A DNA stretch of 25,067 nt from a virus (taxonomy: Duplodnaviria > Caudoviricetes). Numbering within the stretch: position 1 is the stretch's first letter; each line of letters opens with the position of its first letter. Where the stretch lies: positions 1 through 25,067 of IMG/VR virus record IMGVR_UViG_3300020403_000082; one strand, 5' to 3'. A program made the translations under genes and the position numbers. Below the pieces are notes generated by a model. That model was not told where the DNA came from and did no database searches. It worked only from the letters and a program-made list of their open reading frames with translations. Shown piece by piece: positions 1 to 8,610 of this stretch.

Positions 1-889
1 GTAAGCCTTTCTTCTCAAACAAATCCAGTAATCCACTATAGGGATCCATACCAGTTTCATATGGAATCTTTACTTGTACACCTTCGAAAGGTTTTGCATA
101 ACGTGTTTTCATTACTTTACAACCAGCACGAATACCATGTACATCGCTTGTTTTGTTACCGTCAGCATCCTCTTTGAGCTTCATCTTCTTCATAGCAATA
201 ACAATACTACTTGCATAGATAAATCCTTGTCCACCGCTGATTTTATCATCTGGATCAAACATATCCTGCGAAGCGTATGTATGGTTAGTACACACCATGC
301 CTACATTATAACTGCCAATCATATTCACTGTGTTACGCACAAGTGCAGTAAGTGCTTTAGGTTTGCGTCCCATATCACCTTTCATATCGCCCTTGTCAAA
401 CTGATCAACATCTGTAGGAGTAAGTAGCATACCCAAACTATCAATAACAAATAGGACTTTAGGACGATCCTCTTCTGCCATTGCTTTGTAGTCTTTCATA
501 AACGTACTAATAGTTTTTGCTACGTCATCAATCATGCTCATGCTTAGTTTAAGCAGTTTGCTTTCATCTGTATCAACACCCAGTGCATGTAGCCATGCTT
601 CATCAAGTGCGTTCTCTGAATCAATAAGCACTACAAAGATTCCCTGTTGCTGTGCATTCTTTACAATGTTTCCACTAGCAAAGTAACTTTTACCTGCACC
701 ACTTTCACCAGCAAACACAGTAACCTTTCCCATTGGAACACCTTTGTGGAAATCACCACTTACAAGATAGTTAAGTGCATAACTACCTGTACTAATCCAA
801 TCTGTCGGATCGTTAAATCCTATACTTAGTCCGTCAATACTCTTTGTAATGTCCTTGCGGAACTTGCTTACATCAAACGGTTTAGCCAT
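1..889 (-). CDS. uvsX: UvsX/RecA-like recombinase (3' end runs off the window; absent from the ORF track)
   Basis: Manual translation from ATG at 889: MAKPFDVSKFRKDITKSIDG...STGSYALNYLVSG...GKVTVFAGESGAGKS (Walker A)...LIDSENAL...VLFVIDSLG (Walker B)...TNHTY...ISGGQGFIYASS. SD GGAG upstream; start overlaps the stop of the 882..1583 ORF; near gp32. Confidence 0.95.
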   Translation of the reverse strand, partial: MAKPFDVSKFRKDITKSIDGLSIGFNDPTDWISTGSYALNYLVSGDFHKGVPMGKVTVFAGESGAGKSYFASGNIVKNAQQQGIFVVLIDSENALDEAWLHALGVDTDESKLLKLSMSMIDDVAKTISTFMKDYKAMAEEDRPKVLFVIDSLGMLLTPTDVDQFDKGDMKGDMGRKPKALTALVRNTVNMIGSYNVGMVCTNHTYASQDMFDPDDKISGGQGFIYASSIVIAMKKMKLKEDADGNKTSDVHGIRAGCKVMKTRYAKPFEGVQVKIPYETGMDPYSGLLDLFEKKGL

Positions 890-1583
890 TTTCTATCTCC
901 ATACTATCCCATATATCTTGTGTAGTTTTAAAACTATTATGCACTAATTTGAAAGGTGTCTTTGTCTTATTATATACCATTGTCATCAATAGTGCTTGTT
1001 GAAATTTTAGTAAAGGCCTAATTTTTCTTTGCTTGTTATCCAAAACATCCTGCGCTACTTGTTCTAAGTATCTAACCTTATTATAATACAATTTGTTATT
1101 TTTTACAAGATATTTTACAATCTGATCTACATGCTTGTTGGGTGTCAAATCCAACGAACATATAAAGTTTTTCGTATATGTATATGCGTCCGGATCAAAC
1201 AATCTTGCAATGTCAAAGTCAGGTTGTGTAACACTTGGTTTCCATCCGTTTAACATTAGGTGTAAAGACTCTAGTTCTTCTGCAGTTTTTACTACAGGAT
1301 ATCCCCAGGATTTTGCCCAACTTAGCATAAGAATTAAGTAAAAATTTTTACTACCTACTTTAACGCTATCATCAACTACTTCAGGATGAACAAACTGTAT
1401 AATGTGAGGCTCTACTTGTTCTCTAAAACTATCTGTTAGATCGTGCCAGTTTGTACCAGACACTGTAATGTTGTCCAAGTAGTCTTTATCTAAATGTTTA
1501 CTAATTTCTTCTGTGCCAAGACATAGCAGTGTAAAGATACTGTGTCCCATGCCACCATTAGGCCAACAAAGTTTTATAGTCAT
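882..1583 (-). CDS. Hypothetical protein (233 aa), N-terminal WPNGGMGH loop weakly reminiscent of sulfotransferase/P-loop-like phage accessory proteins
   Basis: Long ORF filling the gap between the gp32 terminator and uvsX, overlapping the uvsX start. Function not recognisable beyond the Gly-rich loop. Confidence 0.75.
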   Translation of the reverse strand: MTIKLCWPNGGMGHSIFTLLCLGTEEISKHLDKDYLDNITVSGTNWHDLTDSFREQVEPHIIQFVHPEVVDDSVKVGSKNFYLILMLSWAKSWGYPVVKTAEELESLHLMLNGWKPSVTQPDFDIARLFDPDAYTYTKNFICSLDLTPNKHVDQIVKYLVKNNKLYYNKVRYLEQVAQDVLDNKQRKIRPLLKFQQALLMTMVYNKTKTPFKLVHNSFKTTQDIWDSMEIENG

Positions 1584-1586
1584 ACT

Positions 1587-1616
1587 AAAAATGAGGGCGA
1601 CATTTCTGCCGCCCCC
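1587..1616 (-). terminator. Rho-independent terminator after gp32
   Basis: Minus strand GGGGGCGGCA-GAAA-TGTCGCCCTC-ATTTTT, GC stem with GNRA loop and U tract, 6 nt after the gp32 stop. Confidence 0.85.
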
Positions 1617-1622
1617 TTTGCC

Positions 1623-2612
1623 TTATGATTGGCGGTTACGGATCATCGCTAGGATGTCTTCAGCCCGCTTGCTTTCACCAGCAGGTGCTTCTGCAGGTGC
1701 CGCCACAGTTTCAGTCTGTGGAGCAGGAGCAGGAGTATCCGCTACTGGTGCTGGAGTTGCTGCCGGAGCAGGTGTTGCTGGAGCGGCCGCCGCAGTAGAC
1801 GTACTTGAGGATGAGGATCCTGCGGGTGCTTCTACTCCATATGGACGATAGTATTGTGCAAATCTCTCTGCATCATATGGTTGTCCATCTACACTTGCTT
1901 CGAACATCTCTTTAATGCACTGCAATTCTACTTCAGTAGGTTTCTTAGGAAGGAAGTCACTAAGTGTATGTAAGCCATGTGTTTCAATAGCCTGCATTTG
2001 CTGTTCAGTAAGTGCAGTTTCTTTACGAGCCCATTTACTAGTGCTGTAGTCTGCATACTGACCCTTAGTTGTCTTTGTGATACGGAAGTCCAATCCCTGT
2101 GTATAATCTGTAGGAAGTTCCTGGATATCCGGATCCATAAGTGCATCCTTGATTAAATTAAAGATGCTTGGTGAAATAACAAATCTGCGGATAGGATTAT
2201 CCGGAGTGTTATCTTCTGATAGAGGATTCTCAGTTACAAATCCTTGGAAGATATAACTACGCTTCTTCCAGTATTTGCGGCCCATTTCCTCCAACGAGCT
2301 ATCCTTAAACCAGCCACGTACTTCTGTTAGGACTGGACAAGTTTCGTTCCACATTTCAACACAGGGTACCTGTACCACTACAGGCTTACTATTCATGTCG
2401 TTCTTAACACCATTAAATGGTAAACGAATCATAAGCCTTTCAGCCCAAAAGAATGTGTTGTTGGGATCATTGTCCGGAAGGAAACGAACTGCCGCCGTTG
2501 TGCCTTCTGGTATATTCCAATGTGGGAAGATTGCGTTGTCGCCGCCGCCTGTACGCTCACTGCGTGATTCTTGTGATTTAAGTTTTGCTCTAATTTCTGC
2601 CAAAGATGCCAT
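1623..2612 (-). CDS. gp32: Single-stranded DNA-binding protein, T4 gp32-like
   Basis: AVRFLPD...FW, CPV, YWKKRSYIFQGFV, DYTQGLDFRITKT...YADYSTSKW motifs typical of gp32; Ala/Pro linker before C-terminal helix; SD AGGAG; next to uvsX. Confidence 0.93.
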   Translation of the reverse strand: MASLAEIRAKLKSQESRSERTGGGDNAIFPHWNIPEGTTAAVRFLPDNDPNNTFFWAERLMIRLPFNGVKNDMNSKPVVVQVPCVEMWNETCPVLTEVRGWFKDSSLEEMGRKYWKKRSYIFQGFVTENPLSEDNTPDNPIRRFVISPSIFNLIKDALMDPDIQELPTDYTQGLDFRITKTTKGQYADYSTSKWARKETALTEQQMQAIETHGLHTLSDFLPKKPTEVELQCIKEMFEASVDGQPYDAERFAQYYRPYGVEAPAGSSSSSTSTAAAAPATPAPAATPAPVADTPAPAPQTETVAAPAEAPAGESKRAEDILAMIRNRQS

Positions 2613-2657
2613 TATTTTCTCCTATATGTGCCATTGGTTAGCCTTGTATGTGCCATT
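2607..2657 (-). repeat. Three AATGGCA copies at exact 22-nt spacing in the gp32 leader
   Basis: Plus-strand tgccatt at 2607-2613, 2629-2635, 2651-2657; the upstream two extend to an 11-nt identity AATGGCACATA; the last contains the start codon. Confidence 0.85.
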
Positions 2658-2674
2658 TCACATACTATAATCAT

Positions 2675-2725
2675 AGTATATGACAATAGTATTTAGCATG
2701 TCAATAACTTTTTTGTGGTTTTTTT
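2675..2725 (-). promoter_or_regulatory. Sigma70-type promoter for gp32 with a nested late-type box
   Basis: TTGACA (2704-2699), 18-nt spacer, TATACT (2680-2675); A-tracts upstream (UP-element-like); spacer contains CTAAATACTATT, close to the T4 late consensus. Confidence 0.75.
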
Positions 2726-2729
2726 GAAG

Positions 2730-3845
2730 TTATACACTTGCTAATCCATCCCGATTTTTCTGTACGCTAACTACGTTCAGTTTATCAGAATCCAGTTTGC
2801 TTATCAGACGCCTTTGTATTTCACCATTGCGTCCATGATCTACAATTAAATCTTTACTACACCCTAGTATTCTACTTAGGATACTAATATCTTTAAACGG
2901 AGTGTATGTAATAGTTCTATCTAAATGCCAGTGTTGATGATCATTAACACATAGATTAAGTATCCAGTCATTAACATTGTCAATATCATCATACACTTCA
3001 TTAAGTTCTTTAAGTACCTTATCGTGTTTGTCCATTATAAATGAGTACATGTAATCTTCAGGTTTTAACATATCTGCAAATTCAACACCCAGACTACGTA
3101 ATTTAACACCCAGCGTAAGTGGACCACGTAGGAAGTTTTCATCTCCCATACTACCCGATACCAACACAGTATCTTCTTCCCATAAATGTATTTGCCTGTA
3201 CAACTGATGACGTCTTATTGCATCACCATTATGTTTGTAAAAATGTGTATGCTTAAGATACTCATAATCTACAATTTCATAGTCCTTTGTAAAGTGATCT
3301 AAATATGCCCAAAGCGTTGCAGTATCCAATCCACCACTAAGATATAATTTTAAGGGTTTTGTGTTATGAGTAAGAAATTGTTCGAAACTGGATAGAAGGG
3401 TATTGTGTATACTTTCAACAATTTCGTCATCTGTTCCTGCGCTTAGTGCATAAGGTTGGAACCATTCAGGGTGTGTGTTTAAATTACTATCAATAGTAAT
3501 TACACAGTCTGCCCATATCTGTTCACCGCAACTGGAAAGATTAGTAACACATTCTTCACACGCCCATAGAGGGAATGCTCTATGTGTATCATGTGTTAAT
3601 CTAACTCTGTCCTTTGTACATATAAACGCACAGAAGTTTCCTACAATACAGGGTGTTCTAGTAAACAACAATTGTTCACTTAGTCTTTCAAGGTTATAGT
3701 TATTTGCATAGCCTTTAAGTATTATTACTGTTTCATCATACTGATACTCGGACCAGCCTTCATCTGTGTTTAACACAAGACCGTTAGGCAATGTGTAACA
3801 CTCAGTAAAGTTGTCTGCTAATTGTTTGGATAATTTAAAGAACAT
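2730..3845 (-). CDS. Asparagine synthetase B-like (PP-loop ATP pyrophosphatase) protein
   Basis: KLYLSGGLDT (SGGLDS PP-loop), LVSGSMGDENF (cf. LSGEGADELF), YTPFKD (cf. RVPFLD); degenerate N-terminal Ntn-like region (GNFCAF...THD...FPLW) without Cys at the N-terminus. Confidence 0.75.
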   Translation of the reverse strand: MFFKLSKQLADNFTECYTLPNGLVLNTDEGWSEYQYDETVIILKGYANNYNLERLSEQLLFTRTPCIVGNFCAFICTKDRVRLTHDTHRAFPLWACEECVTNLSSCGEQIWADCVITIDSNLNTHPEWFQPYALSAGTDDEIVESIHNTLLSSFEQFLTHNTKPLKLYLSGGLDTATLWAYLDHFTKDYEIVDYEYLKHTHFYKHNGDAIRRHQLYRQIHLWEEDTVLVSGSMGDENFLRGPLTLGVKLRSLGVEFADMLKPEDYMYSFIMDKHDKVLKELNEVYDDIDNVNDWILNLCVNDHQHWHLDRTITYTPFKDISILSRILGCSKDLIVDHGRNGEIQRRLISKLDSDKLNVVSVQKNRDGLASV

Positions 3846-3850
3846 AATAT

Positions 3851-3879
3851 ATTGTACTGTAAAGCGATATTTATGTCAA
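3851..3879 (-). promoter_or_regulatory. Near-consensus sigma70 promoter for the AsnB-like gene, with overlapping ATAAATA box
   Basis: TTGACA (3879-3874), 17-nt spacer, TACAAT (3856-3851); ATG only 5 nt after the -10; ATAAATA at 3874-3868 overlaps the -35. Confidence 0.8.
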
Positions 3880-3880
3880 C

Positions 3881-3905
3881 AAAAAACAGGGCCGAAGCCC
3901 TGTTT
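3881..3905 (-). terminator. Rho-independent terminator with C(UUCG)G tetraloop
   Basis: Minus strand AAACAGGGC-TTCG-GCCCTGTTT-TTT, 18 nt after the stop of the 950-aa gene; UUCG loops are typical of T4-type terminators. Confidence 0.92.
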
Positions 3906-3923
3906 AGTTAGTAGTGTGTTGGT

Positions 3924-6776
3924 TTATTTTTCGAGATCTCGTAGTTTCTGTAGTTGTCTAGCCACTATACTTCTTGGTGTAGTTTGATAGCCTTCTTCGC
4001 CTTCATGTATGCCGTGGTTGCTCCGCATGTTTGACCCTACGCCTGCCATTGCCTTCATTTTTGCAATGCTTTCCGCCACTTCGTCTGTCTCTTTCATATC
4101 TTTCTTAAACAGTTTAACCATTTCCATTCTGAGCCTTGCTGCTTCATTCTGCATATTGAGAGGTATTGGAGGATATTCCGAATTGAAATCTGTTGGCATA
4201 TTATCACCTGCCGCTTTATCGTATAGTTCGCTGAATTCTGTCTGCAAATCTTCAAATTTGTCTGCTGTCTCATCATCTATATCGCCATAGAAACCACCAT
4301 ACAACGCTTCATATAATTTTTGTAAATCATCAATCGTGTTGTAACTTACATTGAAAATATCAAAACCTCTAATAATTTCAATAATGTCTTTTCTTTGTTC
4401 GTCAGTCATTGGCTCATCTGACGGCTCCATACCTCCATGAATATCATTATTCATACGCTTTCTCTTTGTGCCACAATGTGCTTCGTCTAAATCCATTTGC
4501 TTGCGTATTCTTGCAATTTCCATCTTGTTCATATTAGGATGCATCTTCATAATTTCTTCATCACTTGCTCCGTCCGAAATCATTTCTTCAATGTGCATCA
4601 AAAGATCTTTCATTTTGCCTTCTTCTATATCTTCACTACGAACTTGATTTAAAAGTCCTTGAATCTTCTTACCCGCAATGTAATCAGGTAGTACTTCTTC
4701 AAGTGCTGCTTTAATGTCATCCTTGTCAATGTTTTCTGGATCCTTTGCTCCTGCATAAACTGCTTTTTCAAACGACATTACAAACTTTCTTAGCATTGGA
4801 TCTTCTTCCATTGTTGCTGCAATACCTTCAACATCTGGATCTCTGGATCCTTGTGGGCCGCCACCGTCTACTGTGCTTCCTATCATAGGCATTTCACCTC
4901 CTAAAGGATCCTTCATTGGAGGCACACTCATGTTTCCAGCCTCAATGGCTTCTTTAGCCTTTTCAAAATCATCAACATCTAACTGTAGGATACCATCTTT
5001 AAAATAGCAACTAATACCTGCTTTTTTACATGCTCTAATAACTTCTTTTTCATATCCTTCAGTCAAGTCCATTTCAACATCCTCAAATCGTTTATTTCCA
5101 AAACTTCTAGGAATAGTCATTTGGGTTTGATCAGGTCCTGTCTTGTTTATTTGATCCAGTGCCATTTGCATAGGCTTTTGGTACTTTGGTCCATAGTCGT
5201 CAACATGATCCATTAACCAACCCATAATAATTGGGCGGGCATCTGCGTCAGGATCTTTATCACCAGCGTCACCTAAATCATCATACAGTTCGTCATCACC
5301 AATGAATGCACCAATTGCTGCTGTAGCATCTTCACCAGCGTCACCTAAAGGCAATGGCTTTTCCATTAGTCTTGCAATTCCCATTGCATCTGCTTCAGTT
5401 TCGGGTAGAGCCCAAGTGCCTTCTACTATCATATCCATGTTTTGTGCATAGGCCTCGAATGTTACATCTTCACTAGGCTTGTCTTTACCGAATAAATCTT
5501 TCTTTGCTTTCTTTGCTTTAACTTCTACTTTGCCCTGCAAATATTTCTTTGCAATTTGATATGCCATCTTCTGCTGTGCTTTATCCATAAGATCAATTTC
5601 ACTAAGTGCATTTGCGGCTGCATCATCTGTCATATTGTTTGCTAGGTACTTCATAATTGCAACAAGTATACTTTTGTTTTTACGTTGAACATCCATGTCT
5701 GAATTTTTCATAAACTGCATATAGTTTTTAATTTCAGCCATATCTTCTGGATTGTCAAACACTTCAATAGGATCATCACTATTAGCGAAATCAATCAAAT
5801 CCTGCATGTTTGCTTCATTTACTTTAGCACGTTCTTTCATAGCTCGTCTCACACTTGGTAAACTATCTGTGAGGCGATCATCATATACTTCACGAGTAAG
5901 TTTTTGTTTAAGATCTTCTAAATCGCCTTCATCTTCTACTTCTTCAGGAACCCAATTTTCAAAATACTCATTATACCCATTTGCAGACGCCAGTGTCTTA
6001 AGGGTATCTTTAAGTCCATAGTAACGATCTGTTGCAGCTTCAATAATTTCATTTGACTCATCTGTTACATAATCATCACGTTTAATAGCACGTACAAATG
6101 TCTTTAGGTTTTGCATCTCAGACATAATTTCAACTATGTGTGTACCACGTTCGTCACGAGTATGTCCGTCGTTACTTACATGGCGTGCCATTGCTCTTGC
6201 TCCTGGCAAGTAGTTGTTTGCAAACTTAAAGCGTTCGCCTTCAGCATTTTCAATGTAGATTGCTGCAATGTTGCGACTTCTTGCACCCATCTTTGTTTCA
6301 TCTACTGACTGATCATGTTGAATAATAATTTTTGCTGTTCCCTGATCTAGGAAACTTTTTTTATGAGTTCCATACATTTTGTTTTCCATCACTTCGTCCT
6401 GGCTACGTTGTGTTAAAAACTGATAATCCTTCTTATCTAGTCTCTCTTTTGTTACATTGTGTGTTTCATAGTTTAACATATTTCTTGCACTAAACTTGCT
6501 CAATTCTTTTAAAAATCCATACCAAGCATCTGCAGTACCGCTATCTGCATCTTCTACCATACTATTTGGAAAATATACCTGTAGCACGCCTTCTTCATTA
6601 AGGCTAATTGTTACTGCGCCAATTGGCAAATCTCTGTGCTTAAACTGAAATTCAAAGAAACGTGCTTTGCTAGGCTCAGTAGTCTGCATGCCTTCAGTAT
6701 CCCCCAATTTGATACTGCTTACACGACTACGAATCTTATCAAATAGTTCCTGTGATATGTTGTCTACGCTACGCAT
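3924..6776 (-). CDS. Large acidic hypothetical protein (950 aa), probable protease-processed internal head/prohead-core protein
   Basis: Directly downstream of large terminase, late box upstream, D/E-rich, many (V/L/I)-x-E sites between apparent modules (VME, VNE, IVE, LTE, IEE, LDE, VAE). CDS is certain, function inferred. Confidence 0.7.
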   Translation of the reverse strand: MRSVDNISQELFDKIRSRVSSIKLGDTEGMQTTEPSKARFFEFQFKHRDLPIGAVTISLNEEGVLQVYFPNSMVEDADSGTADAWYGFLKELSKFSARNMLNYETHNVTKERLDKKDYQFLTQRSQDEVMENKMYGTHKKSFLDQGTAKIIIQHDQSVDETKMGARSRNIAAIYIENAEGERFKFANNYLPGARAMARHVSNDGHTRDERGTHIVEIMSEMQNLKTFVRAIKRDDYVTDESNEIIEAATDRYYGLKDTLKTLASANGYNEYFENWVPEEVEDEGDLEDLKQKLTREVYDDRLTDSLPSVRRAMKERAKVNEANMQDLIDFANSDDPIEVFDNPEDMAEIKNYMQFMKNSDMDVQRKNKSILVAIMKYLANNMTDDAAANALSEIDLMDKAQQKMAYQIAKKYLQGKVEVKAKKAKKDLFGKDKPSEDVTFEAYAQNMDMIVEGTWALPETEADAMGIARLMEKPLPLGDAGEDATAAIGAFIGDDELYDDLGDAGDKDPDADARPIIMGWLMDHVDDYGPKYQKPMQMALDQINKTGPDQTQMTIPRSFGNKRFEDVEMDLTEGYEKEVIRACKKAGISCYFKDGILQLDVDDFEKAKEAIEAGNMSVPPMKDPLGGEMPMIGSTVDGGGPQGSRDPDVEGIAATMEEDPMLRKFVMSFEKAVYAGAKDPENIDKDDIKAALEEVLPDYIAGKKIQGLLNQVRSEDIEEGKMKDLLMHIEEMISDGASDEEIMKMHPNMNKMEIARIRKQMDLDEAHCGTKRKRMNNDIHGGMEPSDEPMTDEQRKDIIEIIRGFDIFNVSYNTIDDLQKLYEALYGGFYGDIDDETADKFEDLQTEFSELYDKAAGDNMPTDFNSEYPPIPLNMQNEAARLRMEMVKLFKKDMKETDEVAESIAKMKAMAGVGSNMRSNHGIHEGEEGYQTTPRSIVARQLQKLRDLEK

Positions 6777-6781
6777 AGTTA

Positions 6782-6788
6782 TATTTAT
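6782..6788 (-). promoter_or_regulatory. T4-late-type promoter box, predicted leaderless
   Basis: GATAAATA-TAACT-ATG; box abuts the terminase stop; no SD. Confidence 0.8.
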
Positions 6789-8354
6789 CTAAACCATTAT
6801 AAACGGCATAGGTTCGACATCAAAGTCATCACCATCACGGATGTGACTATCGAGTTCAGGATTGTAACTTTTAATAGTTTGAGCCATACGCATTACCAGT
6901 AGTGTTGCCATTACTAAATCATCTGTATCGCCTATCTTTGCACTGTAACTATTACCACTCGCAATAAAACTTTTCATTTCACTAATAAGCATTTTACTGT
7001 TAATTTTTACTTTATCTGTTTCTACAAGTGTTTTAAACTTAGCACAGATTGCAAGTTTACTACGGTGAGTAGTGTTAAATCCACGTCTGTATACTCTACT
7101 GTTGCCGTGTGCTTTGGGTTCGCTGAGGAATATACCGGGTATGTTTTCTTCACCTATTTCTGCCACACTTTGCAGTGCCGCTTCACCTATTGTATTGTTT
7201 TCCACACTATAGTAAACACTATTAGCATCACCACATTCCTCAGTCAAATACTTGTTTATGTCAATCAACAAACGTATTTGCTGAGGTATAGGTGTTTTGT
7301 TATGACTCCATTCACCTACTTGTATCATACTGGGTACTTCAAATATTTCAATAGCTGCTGGATCTCCACCTGTGCCTAAACTAGGATCAAGTCCAACCAG
7401 ATATGTCTTACCTTTTTCGGGTGCTTTATACCAACGTACTTTACCGTGTCTAAAAAGTGGATCATTGCCCACTAAGTTAGTAAGGTGCATGCTGTCCACA
7501 AGTGTTTCATCATAGATAATAAATTCACAATCATGTTCACGACGGAAACGTTCTTCACCAATTCGTCCTAGTTCTTCTGCTTTCCAAACATCGTCTCTAT
7601 CTGGATGCTCCCACCAATAACTACGAAAACTTTTGAATCCATTTACACCTATATCAGTTTCTTCACCATCGCTATCAAATGTTTTATTTGCTTCACGCCA
7701 TATAAGTGCAAACTGATCCTCATCACTGTTAGGTGTGCTTGTAATAATAGCCTTACCACCTGTTGCTAGTGTAGGTGAAATACTTGTCCAGAACTCACGG
7801 GCAATGCTAGGACGCACAAACGCAAACTCGTCACAGTATAGCAGTGTAATACTCATGCCTCGTCCAGTATTATCTGTAGTTGCTTGTGCTACAATACGCG
7901 AACCATTGTCAAAGTCTATACTGCCTTTGTTATAACTGGTAACACCAGCACGGATATGATCCGGACATAATTCATACGCATAACGAATACGTTGCATAAT
8001 TTCCTGCGCACCTGCATACTTGTGTGCGGCAATAAGGATAATACTGTCCGGTACAAACATTGCATACCATAGCAAGTATCCTGCGGCAGTTGTTGACTTA
8101 CCTGTTTGTCTGGGCAACATGTTAATATTAAAACGATAGTGGTGATATGTGTCTATCAGTTTTTCCTGATATTCAAAAGGAGTATATGTCATACGTCCTT
8201 TTGTAGGATGCTGAATGTTAAAGTAATTGCATAAAAAATACTTAACACCATCTTTAGGGTCTGCACATTTTGCAAACTCTGTCAGTTGCTCACGGGTAAA
8301 TGTTTCTTTCTTGTATGCTTTTTTAATAAGCACACCATCTAAGGACTTAACCAT
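6789..8354 (-). CDS. gp17: Terminase large subunit (T4 gp17-like), 521 aa; start corrected to ATG 8354
   Basis: FEYQ (adenine-binding), LPRQTGKST (Walker A), LLYCDEFAF (Walker B), ITSTPNS (coupling motif), GLDPSLG, VENN, DDLVMA nuclease motifs. ATG overlaps the upstream stop (TAATG); the track's 8402 start lies inside the upstream gene. Confidence 0.97.
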   Translation of the reverse strand: MVKSLDGVLIKKAYKKETFTREQLTEFAKCADPKDGVKYFLCNYFNIQHPTKGRMTYTPFEYQEKLIDTYHHYRFNINMLPRQTGKSTTAAGYLLWYAMFVPDSIILIAAHKYAGAQEIMQRIRYAYELCPDHIRAGVTSYNKGSIDFDNGSRIVAQATTDNTGRGMSITLLYCDEFAFVRPSIAREFWTSISPTLATGGKAIITSTPNSDEDQFALIWREANKTFDSDGEETDIGVNGFKSFRSYWWEHPDRDDVWKAEELGRIGEERFRREHDCEFIIYDETLVDSMHLTNLVGNDPLFRHGKVRWYKAPEKGKTYLVGLDPSLGTGGDPAAIEIFEVPSMIQVGEWSHNKTPIPQQIRLLIDINKYLTEECGDANSVYYSVENNTIGEAALQSVAEIGEENIPGIFLSEPKAHGNSRVYRRGFNTTHRSKLAICAKFKTLVETDKVKINSKMLISEMKSFIASGNSYSAKIGDTDDLVMATLLVMRMAQTIKSYNPELDSHIRDGDDFDVEPMPFIMV

Positions 8355-8605
8355 TAAACTTCGTATACGCCTCTTAAATCTACATAGTCTGTACCGCCCC
8401 AATAATTTGTGTGATACAGATATGCTTCACTTATTACTGCATCTATATTCTTGTGCCAGTACCTTATAAACTTGACACTGCGGGGAAAATCAGGTACAAT
8501 ATCGTGTGTTTGCCAGACAAACTCGTTGATGATGTGGACATGATCTGGCATGTGGTAATAAACTTGGATAGAGACTATTTTGTCTCTGTCAAACCGTTTT
8601 ATCAT
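8354..8605 (-). CDS. usg: Usg-like family protein (83 aa); start corrected to ATG 8605
   Basis: VYYHMPDHVHIINEFVWQTHDIVPDFPRSVKFIRYWHKNID matches from memory the alphaproteobacterial Usg pattern (YxxPDHxxxLQxFVWQxYDLAPxFPxLxxFLxFW). Late box 5 nt upstream of this ATG. Confidence 0.8.
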   Translation of the reverse strand: MIKRFDRDKIVSIQVYYHMPDHVHIINEFVWQTHDIVPDFPRSVKFIRYWHKNIDAVISEAYLYHTNYWGGTDYVDLRGVYEV

Positions 8606-8610
8606 AAAGA

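Noticed and set aside
74-829. Plus-strand ORFs 74..427 and 647..829
   Set aside because: Antisense shadows of uvsX, which the track missed because it runs off the edge.
2607-2657. Mini CRISPR array in the gp32 leader
   Set aside because: Repeats of 7-11 nt with 22-nt period are far too short and no cas genes are present.
6789-8354. Intein or intron in terminase
   Set aside because: ATPase and nuclease motifs are contiguous in 521 aa with no insertion.
8355-8402. 16-aa N-terminal extension of terminase (track start 8402)
   Set aside because: Lies inside usg; ATG 8354 with TAATG coupling is more plausible.
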